This document shows positions 26,811 through 32,000 of a DNA stretch of 32,000 nucleotides, piece by piece (position 1 is the stretch's first letter; each line of letters starts with the position of its first letter). Source of the stretch: Psychrobacter sp. HD31 (lineage in GTDB: Bacteria; Pseudomonadota; Gammaproteobacteria; Pseudomonadales; Moraxellaceae). The stretch spans positions 1,500,001 to 1,532,000 of the forward strand of contig NZ_CP142525.1 of NCBI RefSeq assembly GCF_051097895.1, given 5' to 3'. A program made the position numbers and the translations under genes. Below the pieces are notes generated by a model. It saw nothing but the letters and a program-made list of their open reading frames with translations, was not told the DNA's origin and made no database searches.

Positions 26811-27308
26811 TTATACATTACGTACGATAGCAGCATTTGCCGTTACATCTTCTGACAATGCTGGATTTGCAAGATATGAGTTAAGTAAGATACAAGCAGA
26901 GATATCATCAATAGGGTCTCTCTCATCATCAATCCAGCCATTTTCCCACGCTATCTCACGTGCTTCACGAGAGCTTAAGCGTTCATCATGCAATAATACC
27001 TGCACCATCGACTTACGCTCCATCAACCGATGCGCAAGTCGTCTGGCAAATTTGTGCGCTCGCTTGGCAAGCATAGAAGTAGAACCATCCATGTTAAGTG
27101 GTAACCCAACCACAACTTGATGTACCTTCCAAGCATCTATAATACCTAACAAATTCTCCCAGTCTGGCTGACCATTATCCATCGCTAATATATCAAAAGG
27201 TCTGGCATTTTGAGTCAATGTATTGCCCAATGCCATACCCGATTTTTTAACACCATAGTCTAACGCGAGGATAAGAACCGCCTCTGGTTGTGTGCCCTCA
27301 AAACTCAT
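26811..27308 (-). CDS. ruvX: Putative pre-16S rRNA nuclease / Holliday junction resolvase-like YqgF
   Basis: ILALDYGVKKSGMALGN N-terminal RNase H-like motif and VVGLPLNMDGS. Start set at ATG 27308 (MSFEGT). The track ORF (to 27359) would overlap the ndh 3' end. Confidence 0.85.
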   Translation of the reverse strand: MSFEGTQPEAVLILALDYGVKKSGMALGNTLTQNARPFDILAMDNGQPDWENLLGIIDAWKVHQVVVGLPLNMDGSTSMLAKRAHKFARRLAHRLMERKSMVQVLLHDERLSSREAREIAWENGWIDDERDPIDDISACILLNSYLANPALSEDVTANAAIVRNV

Positions 27309-27312
27309 ATCT

Positions 27313-28590
27313 TTAAAGTGATTCCTTGCCTTTTTTGTGCATTTTTTCTTCAATCGCACGCGAACTCATTTCCATACGCATAGATTGGTTTCGCGTAAAA
27401 AATGCAATCATCCAGTTGTAAGTGGTGGCAATTCGGTTTTTTGCTGTAGATAATGCAATAATATGAATCCACACCCAGGTTACCCAAGCAGTAAACCCAC
27501 CAAAGCTTAAATTATCAATATCTGCCACTGCTCTTAAGCGCCCAACCATTGCCATATCACCACGGTGTTTGTAGGCATAAGGTGTCATTTTTGCATTAAT
27601 GCGCAACTTTTTACCCAAATATTTGCCTTGCGACATTGCCACTTGCCCAAGTTGTGGATGACCTTGAGGATATTTAACATCGCTTGTGCATAAGGCAATA
27701 TCACCTAATGCATAAATATTATCATAATTAATTAATTTAAGGTTGTCATCTACTAATAATCGGTTGCCACGCTCTGTAAAGTCTGCATCTTGCAGCCCTT
27801 CCACACGTTTGCATTGCACACCTGCCACCCAAATCATGGTTTTTGTTTCTATCTGTTGTCCACTAAATAAAGTAACGGTAGATCCATCATAATCTTTAAC
27901 AGGGTCAGAAAGTGTTATTTTAACACCATAATCTTCTAACTCTTTTTTTGCATATTGTTGCGACTTTTCACTCATTGGTGCTAATAATACTGGATCAGCG
28001 GTCACAAGCTCTACACTACCAGCGGTATTTCTAAACTCTGGATATTCACGTGCAAAAATGTCATTACGAATCTCAGATAATACACCTGCCAGCTCAACAC
28101 CACTAGGCCCACCACCAGCAACCACAATCCTTAAATAAGGTTCACGCTCATTTTCTGGTAGCGTTGCTGCATAGTTAAACTGATGTAAAAGACGATTACG
28201 GATTTTAATAGAATCACTTAAGCGCTTCATAGGGAAGGCATGCTTCTCAATGTTTTCGTTACCAAAATAGTTTGGCTCAGAACCCATTGCAAGTACCAAA
28301 CGGTCATACGCCACCTCTCCATTATCTAAAATAACGACTTGCCTTTGAGTATCGACGGCTTGAAAGATGCCCTGACGGTAGCTGATATTGTCGTGGTTAA
28401 CAATATATTTGCGTAAAGGATAACTGATATCAGACGGCGATAAAAAACCAGCCGCCACTTGATAAATTAAAGGAGGAAAAAAATTATAATCATGACGGTC
28501 AATGATGGTGATTTTTTGTGCCTTGTCTTTACCCAAGCCAGCCATTACCCTAAAACCACCAAAACCCGCACCAATAACTACTGTATGCAT
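27313..28590 (-). CDS. ndh: Type II NADH:quinone oxidoreductase (NDH-2)
   Basis: Two dinucleotide folds (VVIGAGFGG and VVAGGGPSGVELAG), ALGDIA, and a C-terminal hydrophobic membrane-anchoring region. Start set at ATG 28590 (MHTVVIGAG) with GGAG 7 nt upstream. Confidence 0.85.
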   Translation of the reverse strand: MHTVVIGAGFGGFRVMAGLGKDKAQKITIIDRHDYNFFPPLIYQVAAGFLSPSDISYPLRKYIVNHDNISYRQGIFQAVDTQRQVVILDNGEVAYDRLVLAMGSEPNYFGNENIEKHAFPMKRLSDSIKIRNRLLHQFNYAATLPENEREPYLRIVVAGGGPSGVELAGVLSEIRNDIFAREYPEFRNTAGSVELVTADPVLLAPMSEKSQQYAKKELEDYGVKITLSDPVKDYDGSTVTLFSGQQIETKTMIWVAGVQCKRVEGLQDADFTERGNRLLVDDNLKLINYDNIYALGDIALCTSDVKYPQGHPQLGQVAMSQGKYLGKKLRINAKMTPYAYKHRGDMAMVGRLRAVADIDNLSFGGFTAWVTWVWIHIIALSTAKNRIATTYNWMIAFFTRNQSMRMEMSSRAIEEKMHKKGKESL

Positions 28591-28810
28591 AAACACTCCA
28601 AAAATACCCCGCACAAATTAGTCCTTTGGCTGTGCTTATACATCCTTGTAATTTAAATAAAAATTAAGAAAGAACGTGTTTAGAATAAGAGGATTACTGC
28701 GACTGACCAAGCAATAAAGCTGACCCATAAGTCGTCAATAAGAAAGAATCTCATATTAAAATAAGTTTGGATATGCAAAATAAATCGTTAAAAAATAAGA
28801 TAACACCAGA

Positions 28811-29374
28811 TTAGGCATTGCCAACATCAGCGCTTAAAAAGTCTAAATTAAGCCCCATTTTTTCACCGGCTTTATGCCATCGTTTATCATATGGGGTTTT
28901 AAATAGCAGCTCTAAATCAGCAGGGCAAACAAGCCAGTCACCTTGCTCAATCTCTGTCATAATTTGCTTTGCGCCCCAGCTTGCATGCCCTAAACACATC
29001 TGAAAATGTCCTGACGCATCACCCATTGCCATATGCTCTAAAATATCTCGGCTGGTGGTGATAGAAACGTTTTCAGAAATGCCAAAAGAGGATGCCCAAA
29101 CCGGTTGACCTGTATGCAATACAAAACCAACTTCTGGTGCAACCGGACCACCTGATAGTGCCATTTCATGTATTAATGTTTTATTTTGACACTCAATATC
29201 AAGGTCTTCTAGCAGCCTAACTATAGTGGTATCTGCCAATGGGTTGTTGATAATTAACCCCAAAGCACCTTGTTTGTCATGACGACAAATATACACAACC
29301 GACCGATTAAATCTATCATCCGGCATTTGTGGGGTAGCAATTAAGAAGTGGTGAGCAAGATTCTTTGACATCAA
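28811..29374 (-). CDS. yqgE: YqgE/AlgH family (UPF0301) protein
   Basis: 187 aa. [30 protein letters not shown] signature of the AlgH/YqgE family. Confidence 0.85.
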   Translation of the reverse strand: MMSKNLAHHFLIATPQMPDDRFNRSVVYICRHDKQGALGLIINNPLADTTIVRLLEDLDIECQNKTLIHEMALSGGPVAPEVGFVLHTGQPVWASSFGISENVSITTSRDILEHMAMGDASGHFQMCLGHASWGAKQIMTEIEQGDWLVCPADLELLFKTPYDKRWHKAGEKMGLNLDFLSADVGNA

Positions 29375-29495
29375 TTTTTTATACTTTTATTTACAAACAT
29401 GTCTTTATATAAACAAAGACCTAAGTTTTAGATTAGGGCAGGTTAACCCAGTTTCAATAGAAGGGTTGGAAGAAGGTTACAACCGCAAAAACGCT

Positions 29496-31187
29496 TTATC
29501 GGTTAACCTCATTTAACAAGCTACGGGCATGTTCACGCGTGATATCAGTGATATGAACACCACCAGACATCCTTGCCAGCTCATCAACTTGTGCATCATC
29601 GCTCAACACTTGCAAAATACTTTCACTTTGTTTTTCATGATGTTTTTGCACCAATATATGCTGATGCGCCTGCGAAGCAACTTGCGCTTGGTGTGTAATT
29701 GCCAAAAGCTGTTGGCGTTTTCCTAGCTGTCTTAATAGCTCTCCTACCACTTGGGCGGTGCCGCCACTAATGCCAACATCCACCTCATCAAATACCAACA
29801 TTGGGCGTGCATCTTGATCCTTATCGCTGCCTTTTGCAGAGGTGGCTTGTAACACTTGCATCACCAGTGCCATACGAGAAAGTTCACCACCCGAGGCAAT
29901 TTTGTACAATGGTTGCATGGGCATACCAACATTCGCACTAAACAATAAATCAATATCATCTAGCCCAACCGCATTAAAATCATCGTTATCTGCATGGCGC
30001 ACAAACGAAAACTCGCAACAAGCATTTGGCAATGCTAGTGGTTGCAGCTGTGCTATTAACTGTTGGATAATCGCAGGTGCTTCAGCTTTACGAGACTGAG
30101 ATAACTGCTCGGCTAAGGCTAAATAACCTTGCCATGCTGTTTCAATTTGTTGTTGCATATCCGCACTGCTTGGCTGAGCATTTAATTCATCTAACTTAAT
30201 TTGCCACTCTCTTGCCGTTGTTACCAGGTCACTGGCAGGTAGGTTGTGCTTGCGGGATAACCGATGTGCCAATGTCATTAACGTATCTAGCTCTTGTAAC
30301 CTTTGAGGGTCTGGTAATTGTTGTTCGGCATAATCTGCTAATAAGCCTGTCGCCTCACTAATTTGTTGCTGCGCAAGGTACAGTTGCTCGGCTACCTGTC
30401 CAAATGTGCTACTAACCGCTGATTGGTTATCGCATAACTTAATGGCACGCCCTACAAGACTATTTGCATCGGGTTCATCTGTATCATTATCAAGTAATTG
30501 CAGTGCCATGCCCGCCTCTTGCATTAATGCCTCAATGTTAGATAATTCTTCATGTTCAGCTTCTACACTGGCATAGTCAATGCTAAGCAGGGGTTCTACA
30601 TCCGCCAGCTGACTTTCTAACAAAGCAATTTTATCTAATCGGTTCGCATCAGCACTGGCAATTTCTTCCGCCTTACGTTGTAAACGCTGGTGTGTTAAAT
30701 AGGCTGCACGGGTTTGATCTGCCAAGTTGGTTAACCCTGCCATATTGTCTAGCCAGTCCACCACAAATTGCGGTTTTAATAGCGCTTGTTGGGCATGTTG
30801 GCTATGTATATTCACCAATAACCGCCCCAAAGATTTTAATTCTGCCAAGCTAACAGGCAGCCCATTTAACCAGGCTTTAGAACGTCCATTGCTACTAAGC
30901 TGACGACGTATGAGCAATTCTGCCTCAAAACTTCGTTCATGTTCATCAAACCAGTGCTTTACTACTTCGTTTTCTGCAACATCAAACTCGGCATAAATAT
31001 CGGCACTTTCGGCACCATGTCGTACCATACTGGTATCGGCACGTTCACCAATACACAATGACAAAGCATCTAATAATAAAGACTTGCCGGCCCCTGTTTC
31101 ACCGGTTATTACATTAAAACCATCAACAAATCTAAGTTCATGCTCAGCGATTAACGCAAATTGATGTAATGTTAAATATAGCAACAT
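29496..31187 (-). CDS. recN: DNA repair protein RecN (SMC-like ATPase)
   Basis: 563 aa. Walker A GETGAGKS, long coiled-coil middle, ABC signature SGGELSR and Walker B LVFDEVD. Confidence 0.95.
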   Translation of the reverse strand: MLLYLTLHQFALIAEHELRFVDGFNVITGETGAGKSLLLDALSLCIGERADTSMVRHGAESADIYAEFDVAENEVVKHWFDEHERSFEAELLIRRQLSSNGRSKAWLNGLPVSLAELKSLGRLLVNIHSQHAQQALLKPQFVVDWLDNMAGLTNLADQTRAAYLTHQRLQRKAEEIASADANRLDKIALLESQLADVEPLLSIDYASVEAEHEELSNIEALMQEAGMALQLLDNDTDEPDANSLVGRAIKLCDNQSAVSSTFGQVAEQLYLAQQQISEATGLLADYAEQQLPDPQRLQELDTLMTLAHRLSRKHNLPASDLVTTAREWQIKLDELNAQPSSADMQQQIETAWQGYLALAEQLSQSRKAEAPAIIQQLIAQLQPLALPNACCEFSFVRHADNDDFNAVGLDDIDLLFSANVGMPMQPLYKIASGGELSRMALVMQVLQATSAKGSDKDQDARPMLVFDEVDVGISGGTAQVVGELLRQLGKRQQLLAITHQAQVASQAHQHILVQKHHEKQSESILQVLSDDAQVDELARMSGGVHITDITREHARSLLNEVNR

Positions 31188-31513
31188 GGTTTTGATTACC
31201 GATTTTGTAAGTTAAAGATTGCACAAGTATTTTAGTTAACTTGCAGTTTACTATAAAGTTTACGGATATTCATCCAAAAGCCATGATAAAAAATGCTTTC
31301 AATTTAGCTAACGACCGTTAATTTTTAACACATCGTATCTGTATTTCTTGTAAAATCTTAGTTAATAAGCAAGTTTAGTAACAAAGCAGTCTGTTTTTTA
31401 TAGTGTTTTGAAAAAAAACATATCATAAAACCCCATAAACAAAGGCTTTTTTGCTATTTGTAATAAAAAATCATGAAATAGTGTGGTAACATTAAGCTTA
31501 TTTTTAATTATCT

Positions 31514-31531
31514 GTCTGATAAATATCAGAC
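31514..31531. promoter_or_regulatory. Perfect 18-bp palindrome (candidate operator) upstream of ppnP
   Basis: GTCTGATA-aa-TATCAGAC: 8-bp exact arms with a 2-nt centre, 20 nt upstream of ATG 31552 and just before the AAGGAA RBS. Confidence 0.35.
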
Positions 31532-31551
31532 TTGGTTAAGGAACGTCATTT

Positions 31552-31887
31552 ATGTCAGTGGCAGAATTTACCAACGTATCCGTTGTGAGTAAGGCAAATG
31601 TTTCTTATGATGGTCGTTGTAGTAGTCATACGCTTTTATTTGAAGATGGCAGTAAAAAGATGCTTGGCGTGGTTTCACCTAATGATGAAACCGTTAACGA
31701 ATATCATTTTGCGACCCACACTTCAGAGCGTATGGAAATCATTAGTGGTGAGTGTGAAGTAAAGATTGAAGGAGAAGAAACCTTTAATAAGTATCGTGCT
31801 GGTCAATCTTTTATGGTAGCAGGTGACAGTGGTTTTGAACTACGCACCAACCAGATACTGCAATACATCTGCCATCTAGAGCGTTAA
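31552..31887 (+). CDS. ppnP: Pyrimidine/purine nucleoside phosphorylase PpnP (DUF1255, cupin fold)
   Basis: 111 aa. ANVSYDG, YHFATHTSERMEIISGE and FMVAGDSGFEL match the YaiE/PpnP pattern. Confidence 0.8.
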   Translation: MSVAEFTNVSVVSKANVSYDGRCSSHTLLFEDGSKKMLGVVSPNDETVNEYHFATHTSERMEIISGECEVKIEGEETFNKYRAGQSFMVAGDSGFELRTNQILQYICHLER

Positions 31888-31933
31888 TCGCTTTAATCTT
31901 AAAACTAAAAAAATAACGATAGATACCTGATAA

Positions 31934-32000
31934 ATGGCCAAACCAATTTATTTTTATGGCACACATGCCGTACAATCTCTTTTAGAACATCGCCCAACCG
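31934..32000 (+). CDS. rlmB: 23S rRNA (guanosine-2'-O-)-methyltransferase RlmB, N-terminal fragment (continues past the window end)
   Basis: Only 22 codons are visible: MAKPIYFYGTHAVQSLLEHRP. This parallels the E. coli RlmB N-terminus (..IYGIHAVQALLER..). Confidence 0.55.
   Translation, partial: MAKPIYFYGTHAVQSLLEHRPT

Noticed and set aside
1-32000. Searched for CRISPR repeats, tandem repeat arrays, IS/transposase ends, integron attC-like sites and prophage genes
   Set aside because: None was seen. All intergenic regions are short (395 bp at most) and are explained by promoters, terminators and the features listed above.

Overview
The window reads as a conserved chromosomal backbone of a low-GC (about 40% by eye) gammaproteobacterium. 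The taxon call rests on gene content: a monofunctional hisB followed by hisH, divergent lptFG/pepA-holC, and yqgE/ruvX. About 30 protein genes, nearly all recognisable housekeeping functions, fill the window on both strands, together with one tRNA-Phe(GAA). They are mtnN(partial)-luxS, pepP-like aminopeptidase, lnt, corC, ycgN, a dienelactone hydrolase, mutY, a type II SQR plus a small membrane partner, prlC, an EEP-family protein, a small SAM methyltransferase, lptG, lptF, pepA, holC, sstT, an ODC-like decarboxylase, def, glsB-family, a GNAT-like protein, hisB, hisH, ruvX, ndh, yqgE, recN, ppnP and rlmB(partial). Several clean rho-independent terminators and extended -10 (TGnTATAAT) promoters can be read directly. 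I see no CRISPR array, transposase, integrase, phage gene or recognisable defence gene. I therefore cannot support a multi-gene novel system here. The one accessory-looking locus is a markedly AT-rich orphan gene (14901..15923) between the methyltransferase gene and lptG. It encodes an internally duplicated four-TM protein with no family I recognise. Lesser points: a Tat-signal/lipobox type II sulfide:quinone oxidoreductase coupled to a 3-TM partner; a 395-bp non-coding spacer with a promoter-like element and a terminator-like hairpin upstream of it; ndh inserted between yqgE and ruvX; a perfect 18-bp palindrome in front of ppnP; and recN without a canonical LexA box. All calls come from reading the sequence and ORF translations. 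No database search was possible.
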